DNA of 64,000 nt from Lingula anatina. Its lineage: Eukaryota > Animalia > Brachiopoda. Positions 49,043 through 61,577 of the stretch are shown in pieces (position 1 is the first letter of the stretch; each line of letters opens with the position of its first letter). A model generated the notes under the pieces. It did no database searches. It worked only from the letters and a program-made list of their open reading frames with translations, and had not been told where the DNA came from. The stretch spans positions 17,860,848-17,924,847 of the forward strand of contig CM120643.1 of the NCBI GenBank assembly GCA_051362555.1, read 5' to 3'. A program made the position numbers and the translations under genes.

Positions 49043-49937
49043 TCCCACCATTCTTGACCTACCCCAATCACGAGCAGCACTCTGAGCAGAATACCTGATA
49101 GACTGACAATGCAATGGAGCCCAACATGAATCTCTGAATGCAAGACTAACCTGGGGACAACTTTACCTTACTAGCACAGGAAAAACATTTATCAATGGCT
49201 GTGTCATGGGCTTGTGTGTGTGTGTGTGTGTGTGTGTGGGAGTTGGGGTTATTTCAAACCAAGGCAAAAACAGAGGTGCAAAGAACTACAGAATTAAGCC
49301 ACTTTCTAGAAGAAGGGCTCATCTTAATCAGTACATGTAAAAACCCATCTCAGAAAATTAGTCAAAAAATCAGATCTCCTACCAAGATATCAATGAATTG
49401 CACTAAATTAGGTCAGCCCATCTCCAATACAGACCTGCCTTCAGCTTCTTAAAAAATTACAAATTGAATTCTTTTAAATCCACACAAGTAATTGTCACAG
49501 AAGACATCAGTGACTTCCAATAAAACTTCTGTTTCCAAAACAAACATTTTAGTTTTATTGTCCATAGCCTTCAAATCATGAAAATTTGTATCCAAAGTAC
49601 ATGCATTGACATCGAAGCTGAACCAGTGGTTGTACATGTATAAAATACAAGCACTGTGCATCTGAAACTCACTTTCCAAGTAGATCTGATACCTCTGTAT
49701 TGCACTTCCTCTAAAAGTAATACTGTGAAACCAATATCCGAGGCATCAACATCTTTATTTCCCAAGAGGATATGAAGAAGGCTTTGAGAAAGCTCCTGAG
49801 CCCTGACTGGCAAAGAGCAAGAGGAAACACGTCACTAATTTACACATCAGGTTGATTCTATTGCAGCTATTTCTAAAACACCATGCAGCTTCAAATTGCT
49901 GATAAAATTTTTTTATCTTTGCCAGAAAAGTGTTTTC

Positions 49938-49977
<40 letters not shown>

Positions 49978-50149
49978 TTTTAAAAAACTTGAATATGCAC
50001 ATAATCTACAGTATATATAAGTACTAGTAGTTTGCAGTTTCAAGTTGATGACAATGAAACTCCCCATGTTTGCCAGAAAATTTCTTTTCATAATAATTAT
50101 GATTATCATTTTTGCCACCATTTTCATATCATAAATATAATTCATAATG

Positions 50150-50217
50150 ATAAATTTTCAAACTGTTCAATTTCTACACAATAAACTGTGTAGAAATTGA
50201 ACAGTTTGAAAATTTAT
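50150..50217. other. Perfect hairpin, 31-bp stem and 6-nt loop
   Basis: ataaattttcaaactgttcaatttctacaca - ataaac - tgtgtagaaattgaacagtttgaaaatttat. Confidence 0.9.
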
Positions 50218-52026
50218 TATTGAAAATCACTACCACACAGATCAACTTTCGTCAGAATCATAAGTATAATGGAAACTTATACCATGCCAAGAAAATGTAT
50301 AAAGGATCAGAGGCCTATTAACAATAATAAAGTCATTTCTAATTTTAAAGAAATTGCCTCCGAATCAGTACTCCTTTTCTACAAAGTGAAATCTTCTATC
50401 AACTCACAACAGCTAACTTATCTGCAAACATTTAATTATAACAAGTGACCCAAAATATACACATTATCAGACACAAAATTTTATGTAATGAAACTTTCAT
50501 TATCCTATAACCACCAACACAGATTAATTACTACAGCCACTCCTTGCAGCCAGTGTAGTACTATAGATTGTCCCAATTTTCAGTTCTGTAATAAAATGCT
50601 ACCCTGAGTTTCTGAGGCAATGTATGTACTGGGATCTCATATCATCATAATCAGCACACATGATGACGTTTAACTTCAATAATTTGGATGCTTTCTATCA
50701 AATTGGTTAAAATAAACATTATTATTATTATTATTTCAATTATTGTTATTATTATAATAATTATTATTATTTAATAAAATTATTATTTTATTACAGTTAT
50801 TATTATTATTATTGTCCATTTCTGTAAAGAACAGCATATATTGGGAAGGATTAGGCAGCTATCAATACCATGCATGGAAACACCCAGAGATTCAGAGATT
50901 ATACATAAGACTAAAGAGGCATGCTGGCAGCAGTGTTTTCAGTAACCTCTAAAAAAATTAAGTGCCTGGGAATCACACCTGCATAATTTAAAACTTTACT
51001 ACAAGCTACATGTGCATTACTGAAATATGGTGCTTGCAGTGAAAGATAATCATTAGTCACAGTAAATACTGCAAGGCTTTCATTTATCTACAAGCAGATA
51101 TTACTTCACCTACCATTTCTGTAAGAGGCAAATCACGTTGATTTAGGAGTAAGTTGTACATATATCACTTGTGTTAAGCATAAACCAAGCATATATTTCA
51201 AACTGGGCTTTTTTATGATATTTTCTTTAGTTTTCAAATATTCATTTTCTCAATTTTTCCTTTGTGCAACATGTATATTACATCACATCTGAAACACTCC
51301 TATCATTTGCAGCACCATGACACAAGTATATCTGAACTTTTCTTCAATTCTCATGTAACTGAGGATCACTCATAGATTGATTTTACAGCCTAAGGCACAG
51401 TGGGAAGTCTCAGCTCACATTCTGCAATGGGAAATCAAATTGCAGCTTGCATGCAAGCCTTTCTTTATATTTTACATGTATTTTACTTGTATTCTAGACA
51501 GCTATGGTGAACTGCATCTCTTGTTCCACTTTCCTAACCACACACTCATTAGAAAAAAATTACAAAAAATATAGTAAATCTAATGAAGTTTTTGTACCAG
51601 CAAAACTGACCAGTCAGCAAGTTACAGTGAAATACCATGTCCTCAATAATTCATCTATCCATGGCTCTTGTGAGTAAAATCAATATACTACAATTAAAAT
51701 TTTGCTTCTGTTTCAAATGCTGGTCTATATACTATCAGTGTTTGAAAATGTCCCAAAGTCATGCTATTTTTTTATGTTTACACACACACACACATACACA
51801 AACACAACTGACAATGACCTCAGCAATGGACAACTTTTATTTATCTTCCAAGTTTACCATCCAAGAATTCTTAGACTAGTAAAATCATAACATTCAGTAA
51901 CACTGTCCTACCCATAATATACTGTTTAGTAAATGCCTGATTTGGTTCTACAATTATACACCATCTCCGAAACATACATGCAGTTTCTTTCATAAATGAC
52001 TGCTCCAACTCACTCCCAGACCCTAT

Positions 52027-52234
52027 GGGCACATTCCCATAGATTTTAGATCGACCTATGGGGAGTCTCACTAGATTACTGTCAGATAATCTGGCTTAAA
52101 TGTCCGTCCCACCTACTACAAGCTGTAAGGGGGTAATTAACTTTCGTGCCCCCTCTGCTGACAGCTATTTAGCGTGAACCCCCAGGGAGTTAGGTCGATC
52201 TAGTTGGATCGATCTAATCTCTGGGAATGGGGTC
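52027..52234. mobile_element. ~200-bp Harbinger/Tourist-type MITE, copy 2
   Basis: gggcacattcccatagatt / aatctctgggaatggggtc, TSD TAT; shared core ggggagtctcactagattactgtcag...tttagcgtgaaccc..gggagttaggtcgatctag. Confidence 0.7.
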
Positions 52235-55200
52235 TATGGCATTGATCTCACGGAGTATCAAGACATAATCACCTTTTAACGATTCTGTACATAAAATCTA
52301 TAGCAAATATTACCACCATCTTACTGCTAATCTTTTTAAGTTGTCCTACATTTATCACCTTTGCAACTGACTTGGATTTCTTTCCCGACTCTGTTCCAAC
52401 TTGAGTGATCACACTTCTGCAACTGATCTCAGAAAAAGAGATTCCGATTTCCAGCACACCCCTTATCAACACTGTACATTATAAATGTATGTGCTAATTC
52501 ATGTCTTTCTTCTACAATAATCACCTTAATGCCAGCTTACTAATTAATTTTAAAACTACTTATCTGACTCTGGCCCGCAAGGGTGCAAATGAATGATCTC
52601 AGATGAGCAACTGTCTCCTAAAGAAGGCACATTCTGTTTCCAATTTACCCTTTATCGACTTTTAACCTCCTAAAACATGCAACTAACCCATGTGCTATTT
52701 CGTGACATTCTTCTAGGTTTAACGTCTGTGCAGCTCATTTGTTAAGTTCTTCCACGTCTCGACCCACACCAGTGTTAAACAACTCTCACTAGTGCAACTG
52801 ATCTCAGCAAGTGTCACAGAAAAAAAAAAGCTCAATTTCCCAGCTCGCCCTTAATCAATCTCTTAGGACTCTCATAAGTTAAGTCCAAGACATGCAACTA
52901 ACCTAGTGCTGAATTTAATTCTTGAAGTTCTTCCACACCGACTGCCTTCGCAACTCGTTTCAACTTCTTATCGGACAAGGTTCCAACCCACACAAATCCC
53001 CTTCAGCACATTGATCTCCGGAAGAGTTGCAGAACTTCACAATTCTGTTTTCAGTTCACTCTTTAATGACTTTGTAAGTAAAATCTATAATGTACCACTG
53101 TCTAACTCGTTAACGGCTGATGTTGTTCTACATCCACCACCGACTATACTATACTGGAGGGCTCGGATCAATCTCGGATCAATACAAACTGAATATCACA
53201 TATCCACATGCCTGGCTGTTTATACAGAAGCCAGAGGAATGTGCATATGGATAATCAATATGTGAATTTATTATTCGTCTTTTAAATTGCAATCTGCATT
53301 GAAGAACGGTGGTCTGTTTTGGTCAGGTCAAGCAAAACAATTACCAAATTGGAGGACCATTAAGTGACCAGAATATTTGATCAGGGATTGAGCAGTTTGA
53401 GCTATTGCCATGCTGGTCTTACTAGGCCAGAGGGCAATTAAGGTCAGAAACTTCAAGATTTAGTCTTTGAAATCTTCAAGGGGTGTGGCCATATTAATGT
53501 GGATTTAAAAAGACTGAGAAAATCTCATGACTTCAATCATTTAAAGCCTTGCATAACATGCAAATGATCTTGATAATATTGCTAATACATGCTTAGATAT
53601 TTTTAAGCTAAAAAAATAACTTTAACAAACTGCAACTTAAAAAAAATTTGTTAAATTTTTTTATCCTTTTATCTATTTATTGTTATTATTATTATTATTA
53701 TTATCCTTTTTGGGGGGGAGGGGGTGAATTGCTAATGCTAGCATTATAGCAAGAGTAAACCTTGTTGTAAATTAATAATTCATATATTTTTGACTCATGC
53801 CATCGTAATGGGAGCCCTGACTATGAGTAAAGACAGAAGAGAAGTTTATGTCTATGATTGCTGTGCATCTATCTAATGTGCCATTAACTTCCTTTCTCTC
53901 TCTCTCTTCTCCCTCCTTCCTTCCTTCTACCTTTGTGTGTGTGTGTGGGGGGGGGGGGTGCATGTCTACGCGATAGTGTAGTCAAATAAACACCCCAAGC
54001 TTGTCTAAGAAATACCAAATTGAATTAATAAGAAAAAATCTATTGTAACCACACAGCAAGATTATTGTTAATTACACACAACCATGTTCAAATAATTCAG
54101 AGTTTACAATACCTGTTGTTTCCCAATGTGACAGAATAATAGATTTTATGAAGTTCTGTTTTCAGGACAAAAGATAAAAGGATAATAGAGAAAAAGAAAG
54201 CAATGAAACTGAGTATCAAGCAGGAAATTTCTTCCTACATCTGTAGCCATTCTTTAAATTGCATGTGGTATTTCTTCATAAATTTCAAGCACTTCACTCA
54301 TTCCGAAATTTTATTTTTTAGTATTCAGCACAATTTGGTTTAATGCCTTATTTTCTTTCAGGCCTCATAAAACTATAAAAGTCAATTGAGACCTAACTGA
54401 CTGAAACGTTCAGAGAAACTAATAGTGGGGTGAACATTTAAAAAAGCTACCACTTATAATTACCATGTTCACATAAATAAGCCTTAGTGACAAAAAAGGT
54501 TAGGTTAAAGGTACCCTCCAAAATGAATTTTCCTTGTGGCAAGAAAGCAGTTTTCTCCTACTCACAAATCATTGTTCTGCCAGTCCATGCACAAGGATTT
54601 GATATTTTATCCATTTTCAATTCAATGGTTTATTTCTACATGACAACCAACACGTTGTTTTCATTATCTAAAAAGGTTGACCTTGCAATACACTCTTTTT
54701 ATTGATACAAATTTTTACCTTCCAAAACCCAAGATCCTCTTTTTACCAATATCAATCTAAATAAAATGACCTTTCAACACATGACTAATAGCACTGTAAA
54801 ATTTTTTTTGAAATGGAAAGTCTCGACAGTTGTGATTGAGACACCAGACAGAAAAAAATTGTAAATGATAGCGCTGAATAACATAACTTCTTTGTAACCA
54901 AAAATAGACATAGTTATAGGTTCTCTGGCAACAGTGATATAAATAATAAATCAACTCCTCAAACTGTAGTTTACTGGTAGAAAATGAAACCTTGAGCATT
55001 AACCAAACTTTTAGACGCAAATTGAAAGGATTCCCTAGTAACATTATTTTACCAAACCTTCAAAATCCTGGCACTATAAATGATGAGGCGCCATGAACAA
55101 CATTATTTCATCTCGACAAGAGTGAAATGAGATATTTGATCCCCCGAGTATCATCAGAAAATGTCATCAATCAGTTTCTCATTCTCAAAAAAGCTTTATA

Positions 55201-56083
55201 CTGTAGATAATGCCAGAATGTGTGAAAGCACCCCAAGTGTCACAGTCAACCTTGCACCATTAAACAGTTCCTATTATTCTTATTATAACATCTATTAGTA
55301 TAGGTAGAAAATTCTGTGTAAAGAAGAACTCAACTGGTACTATGACAGACATGGGGAAACTGTCGGTGTGACCAGTTATGACTGCCTTAAAAATCAGAGG
55401 ACTGGCAAGATTTTTGATAATGCAGATCCTTTTGACCAGCAAGGTTTATGTGGAAATACAATACATAAAAATGAACCATAGGTATCCTTGACTAACAGAC
55501 CTGCACAGAATTAAGAAGACCTGCAAATTTCTTGAAGAGCAGGTCCTCCAGACCTTCAGTACCTCCAAAGTTTTCCCCATGTCTGCTATGAAATTCAGAG
55601 TGATATAAGCCAGGTAGAAAAGAGTGAACATCGATACTGAAACTTAGGGTGAAGGAAATTATGTGCTGGACTAAAGATAATCCATAACCAGTACTCTGAA
55701 TTTCAGGGTGATGAATAAAAGAGAGTCACATTCATTGCCCTTCTGATACTCAGAAAGGACAGATTTGATGCCTTGTATACATCTCAAATTTTGAAGAAAA
55801 AATTTAAAAAGAACTTATGACATTTAATCATGTCCTCAGAATGAAAACTTGTAGTACATATTTCTATATAGATTAAGCACCTTTAGTCAGTTATAAAATA
55901 CATTTTTAAGCCAAAGTCAACGATTGTAAAAATGTACTGTACTTGTATCAAAATAAATAATATAAATAAGAAATATATTGAGGTAAAGATGGCAACAGTA
56001 AAATATGCTGGCTTTTTCTTCAAGTTACTGACAAAAAACCTCACTGGTAGAAAATGAAATATTAAATAATTCATACCATTTTC

Positions 56084-56115
<32 letters not shown>

Positions 56116-56957
56116 AAATTGCTGATTATGATAAACCCAAAATCACAAAGACATGGCAAATTTTATTTCAAACTAGTAACTAAAGATATATGATTTGTTT
56201 AGTAAATTCTAAGTGGCAATTTGTCTTAGGAAGGACAGCACTGGAAGTTTTCATTTACTGAGTACCAATCACTTGACAATCCAGAAAAGGAAGCAGGAAC
56301 ATATTTATCTTTTCAACAAAAGTCTGTAACTGATATCCAAGTCACTGCTATACAATGATGTAAACCAGGATATTGCAAAACCAAAATAAATCAGATCTTG
56401 AACAAAAGATATCTATATGACATTACATACTGGTGAAATAAGGAGAAGGAGGCTATAACACAATCATCTTATTGTTAGGAAGACCTGCAGCTAGCGAGAA
56501 TGTTCAGAGGAGGGGGGGGGGGGGGGGGTCTGAAAGAGTGGATCTTTTTAGCCCAAAATTTTTGTTGATCCAAGTTGAGAAACAGCAAACTAACTAGATC
56601 AAATTTTGGTTGAGAGTTAACCTTTCAAGTCAAAAAGGTAGTTTTTAATCCCCAAAGTCCTGCCTTTTTTTTATGACATAGCATGTCTCTAGAAATTACA
56701 TGAGAATGCATAGAAACCATTCCATCTTATGTATTTTTAGCTTCTGTGAAGAGTTATCTGCAAGAGCAAATATCATGGTCATGCAAAAACAGTATTAGTG
56801 CCCAGTATATAATAACTAGCTTGACTCTCTCGTTACAGACGATCATGTAATGGGAATTATTAGCTGCTATCTTTCCTACCACCTGCATTCATTTCCATTA
56901 TTACTGACAGGGAATATAAAAACTTTACATGGCACAATCATATCTGCATGTATAAAA

Positions 56958-57009
<52 letters not shown>

Positions 57010-57270
57010 GGATGTATATAAAGTCATTCATTTTTTTGTAGAAAATTGCTTGAGAAATCATGCAAGGTTTGGCAAAAATTGGGAAGCTTTGAGGCTGATA
57101 TAACATTAATCCGAAACACATCCTAAAGACCAGAGAATTTCATCAGCTGTGTTATGTTATAAGAAAAAAGTAATTTTTCTTCAATCAACAGCTAATATAT
57201 TACCTTTAATATTCCCTGATGAAGATGATCTGAGAGACATTGAAATATTGGAGGTAATATTAGCTGTTAA

Positions 57271-57605
57271 AGGGACAACAACTCTTCGTATGAAATCTAT
57301 ATTTCATAATAAAAACATTGTAAAAAAAACAAGGAAATATAATATATTCTATTTCATCACCAAAAATGGCATTTAAAGCAATTATTCTAAAATCTGTGCT
57401 TGTCATCCAACCATGTGACCTCCATAGATGGCTATAGTCTGTAATAATCTCTTAAGAGATTATTACAAAAAAGCAAACTTTCTAGAAAAAAAACAGGGAC
57501 TAAATTTGAATGTAGAAATGGATTCATTAACCACTGGTAAGAATGGGAAAATTGTTTACCCCAGGAAAATTCATTTTTAGGCCAAAATGAACAATTGTTA
57601 TCCCT
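57271..57605. mobile_element. TTAA-flanked MITE (Kolobok-type)
   Basis: TTAA-AGGGACAACAA ... TTGTTATCCCT-TTAA; second family member at the start of the window. Confidence 0.7.
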
Positions 57606-58565
57606 TTAATATCAGGTTTTGATTGAAAAAAAAATTCTTAGATACTAAAGGCACGTGAAGTCATAAGAATAATGCTTAAATGTGTGTCAAGACATTTCGT
57701 AAGAGAAATTCAATTCTGAACTGATCTGCGATTGTAATAGAGCTACGCATCAAAAAGTGAAGCTCTTGTGTCTTCTGTGATTTGATTTGTGCTCTGAAAA
57801 ATGATCTGCATCCGTCTCCTATACTGTTCATTATATAACAATCTACTCGTCATAGATTCTCAATAGTATTCATTACCTCTAGACTTATCTGGGGAACGGA
57901 AAAAAAGAAAGAAAGAAAGAAAGATTCTGCAATAAATAAATAATCTTTGCATTAGTTAAAATGATACTTGACTTGATCTTTGGTCCCGACTTGATGCATC
58001 AATTGTTATTTACCTGTGTTCTGGAAGCACTGGTCTGGAAATTCTTGAATTTCTATTCAAGTGGTATTTATTCATCTTCTTCTGTCTATTCACGGTGTTA
58101 GAGGCTCTCTGTAGACTTATACTGGCATAGAAATCAATAAGAAATGTCAGCTTCAATTTTATCACTCTTCATCCAATAGATATCGACTTTTTGACACATG
58201 TTCTGCAGTTTAAAAAAATCTGGGTAAATAAAAGCTTTGGTTATAATCACGTGTGCATTTTTTTTATTGACTATAATAAAAATTATTACGTTTTTCACTG
58301 GAACAAATACTTTACCACAGTCATGAAATGTAATGTTACGGTACTAGATGAAGTTTGCATATTGTCAGTTAATGGCTCTATTATCTATTTATTTAGCTAT
58401 AATAATAACAAGGCAGCAAAGCTGTCAAATGTACAGACAAAAAGCAGGAAATAACAAAATAGGCTACTGTCAATTCTGATGTAAAAGTACATTATGTTAA
58501 ACTGCAAATTTAACATCAAATTTCAATTATGCTCAACAGGTAACACCAATGTAAGTAAAATGTGT

Positions 58566-59193
58566 AACAAGCATAAGGCTTCAGGCCCATGGAAGTTCAA
58601 GTTCACACTTTGAAAATGTATAACTTCCAGAAAAAGAAGTTAATTAGACTGCTTTTCCTATTGCCTAAGAATTGAATCTGAGGAAATGTGAAAAAACAGC
58701 ATAACTTCTAATATAATGCGTTTTAGCAGGATTGACCACTCCTGTGAGTTTAATGACAATGGGCCTTTCTGTTTTTCTTATATTGTGTTTACAGTGTTGC
58801 ATGTATGCTGAAAAGTGAAAAAAAAAACATAACTACTAAAATAGTGGCCCGATCATGCCGATTTTCGAACTTGACCTGCATTTTAGTAAGATCGATTACT
58901 CCTGTGAGTTTCATGACAACAGGCCTATCTGTTTTCCTTGAATTGTGTTTACAGTGTTGCATATATGCTGAAAAGTGGAAAAACAGCATAACTTCTACAA
59001 TAATGGCCCGATCATGCTGATTTTCGAACTTGACCTGCGATTTATGAATATTCATCAGCTCTGTAAATATAAAGCCAAAAAGTAAAACTGCCTTCCACTT
59101 ATCGTGTTTGCAAGGATAGTGCACGGCGCTGGCGACGACGTCGACGACAGACGCAGGTGATGGCAATACGTACAGACACATCTGTGTCTGTAC

Positions 59194-59197
<4 letters not shown>
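58566..59197. mobile_element. Non-autonomous Helentron/Helitron-like element with internal tandem repeats
   Basis: About 2.5 copies of a ~160-bp unit (cataacttcta..atggcccgatcatgc.gattttcgaacttgacctgc), a gac-rich microsatellite and a terminal palindrome gtacagacaca-tc-tgtgtctgtac (59170-59193). Confidence 0.6.
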
Positions 59198-59235
<38 letters not shown>

Positions 59236-59404
59236 TCAAGGTCTAATGTTAACATTTTAATGGGCCACTGGCAGAAACTTTATAGTCCAAATATTACTGG
59301 GTCGTATCACATTTCAGAAGTGAAAGAAATCAAACCCACTTAAGCTGGATATAAAATAAAGTTACCCAAGCACCCTGAGTGTCAGAGTAATCTCATTTAC
59401 TTAC

Positions 59405-59566
59405 CTCTTCCCATCATTCAGTGCACATATCATGGGTACTATACACTGAGATCTTCTATGAGGGTTTACAGTGGACTCGGAAAATCAGGGTATCCCCAAG
59501 AGACTTCCGTTATTTCCTTCAGCAGCTGTTGTCTTACTCAATCACAGGATTGGTGTGATAAGGCAT
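59405..59566 (-). other. Candidate 5' UTR exon of KIAA0513
   Basis: Strong tttcttcag acceptor and AG|gtaagt donor; non-coding; lies between the shared promoter and the first coding exon. Confidence 0.45.
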
Positions 59567-60768
59567 CTGAAGAAAATTTACTCTTCTGAAATATAATCAA
59601 TGAAATATGGCAAATTAACTTGGGGGTAATTGCATCCTTAAACTCTGCTAGATATATTGAGCAGTTTAAAATTACATGATAAAACAGTCATTTTCTTTTA
59701 TCCAATATTGTTTTATGACTTTTTTTTAATTCAAGTATTTTCTGTATGTATTAAAGATACTCTATAGCCACGGTCACAACTGGACGCACAGATTTTTAGG
59801 ATCGCATGTCCCCTGCACAAATTGCGTGCAGTAGAATCCGAGGAAGTCGCAGAGGTAGACGAAAGTCTGCCTTGCGAGTTGCAAGGGCCAAATGAGATGT
59901 CCTTTCAAGCAGGGACGCTAACTGCAAGGTGCAATGGCCGCAGAAATTGTACTCATGCTGAGAAGTAACTGTTTTAGGCCACCCTTATTCTCATATTTCT
60001 TTGTGTACTTGTACAGGACAAATTAAAAAAAATTATACAACAGCAATGGATCCTAGCAGCTAGGACCCAAAATATTTTCTTTCCTAGCTAGAAGCCTTTA
60101 TATTATTACAAGTGTGGGGAGGGGTAGTGACAAACATTTAACGTTATATAATACTTTATATTTTTCATGTGTGCTTTAATTATTGTAAATATGAGGCTCT
60201 AAAATGTCAATGCAAGATAAGGGATACTCAATCTAAGTACAGTCAATGTGATTTACCTGTATAATCTGGGTACAGGAAATATGAATTTCATGTCATAAAC
60301 AGACATGTACACCCACTCACATTCTCACACAGCTCACTGCAATCCTGTTTTTTTTCTTATGGTGAGAAGATCATTGATTATTTTTGCGATAGTAACACCT
60401 AACGCTAATTACTTCCACACAGCGTAGTGAATGTGTCATGACCTCAACATGCAACTCGTATGCAGAATATTGCACCCGGCACCAGACAGTGACCAAGCTT
60501 TAATTTACCGTTTTAAATAGTGGCAGCTAGTTATACAAGTAATGCAAAGAGCCTCTCGAAACAAACAGTTACATGATGCGAAAATGTTCACTGAGTGTCA
60601 AGCAAAAGCTGGACAAGAGACACCGCAATACACATAAATTCACCAATGTAAGGAAAACACTGTGACTACTACTAATAAGTAAGGGACCCTGTCGCTGTCA
60701 GCGACATCCCGTTGGTGACCGAATTTGCACGAACTGTAAACAACACAGTAATCGATACAAAGACAAAC

Positions 60769-61213
60769 CTGGATGCGAGTTCTCCTATACTAACCAATAT
60801 CTCTACATATCCCTGCTGCCTTCAGCTGTATGATAACTGTTACAAGGATATCACTCTAACTGAAGTCCGTCCCAGATGTCAATAAACCTTTGCTGTGAAC
60901 TCAGTAAGGTTGCTGTTGCTACAGTTGTTCCTGGGATGTAATTTCAAGTAGATGGCGCAACTAATGCAATTTGACTGCAAACCGGGTGTAAATTAAATTA
61001 TCGAACAAATTGACAATAATAACAGAAGTAATCAGAAATGTATCAATTTAAAATTTAATGTATTTTTATTACACATTTAATTAATGTAGAAATTTAGGAT
61101 ATTGGCGTTACAAAGTTTTTCAGTAAAGTTTTCTGCGGATGTAAAAACGCGACTTCCGGTTGCAAGCATTGAGAATTTTCAGATCTAACATTACATTGTA
61201 GATCCTGCTTTAT
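60769..61213. promoter_or_regulatory. Putative bidirectional promoter region between KIAA0513 and CFDP1
   Basis: Locally CpG-richer; ETS-type acttccgg (61152-61159) upstream of the CFDP1 ATG; YY1-like agatggcg (~60950); minus-strand donor CAG|gtttgt at 60769. Confidence 0.5.
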
Positions 61214-61283
61214 ATGATGGCAGAGGAGGAGGAAGAAGAAAATTTGAGTTCAGACAGTGACGACGAAGATTATGTTCCATCTG
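61214..61283 (+). CDS. CFDP1: CFDP1 exon 1
   Basis: MMAEEEEEENLSSDSDDEDYVPS G|gtaatg. Confidence 0.9.
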
Positions 61284-61535
61284 GTAATGATTTCTGACGT
61301 TTATTTTAGTACAGAAGTAGGTGAATCTTTTTCAAGAGCATAATTGGAATGCTTCTGTTCGTCTGTTGACTTTTCTTATATTGTCAAAAGCAGATGAAAT
61401 GGTATTTGCCTTTTAGGTGTATACTTTTTTGTTGTAAATTTGGATATAAGGGGATAAAATTCAGTCCCGTTTTCGAATTACCCCCTCTTCCTATGTAACC
61501 TTTATTTACTTGTAACGAGCATTTTAATTGCTAAC

Positions 61536-61577
<42 letters not shown>

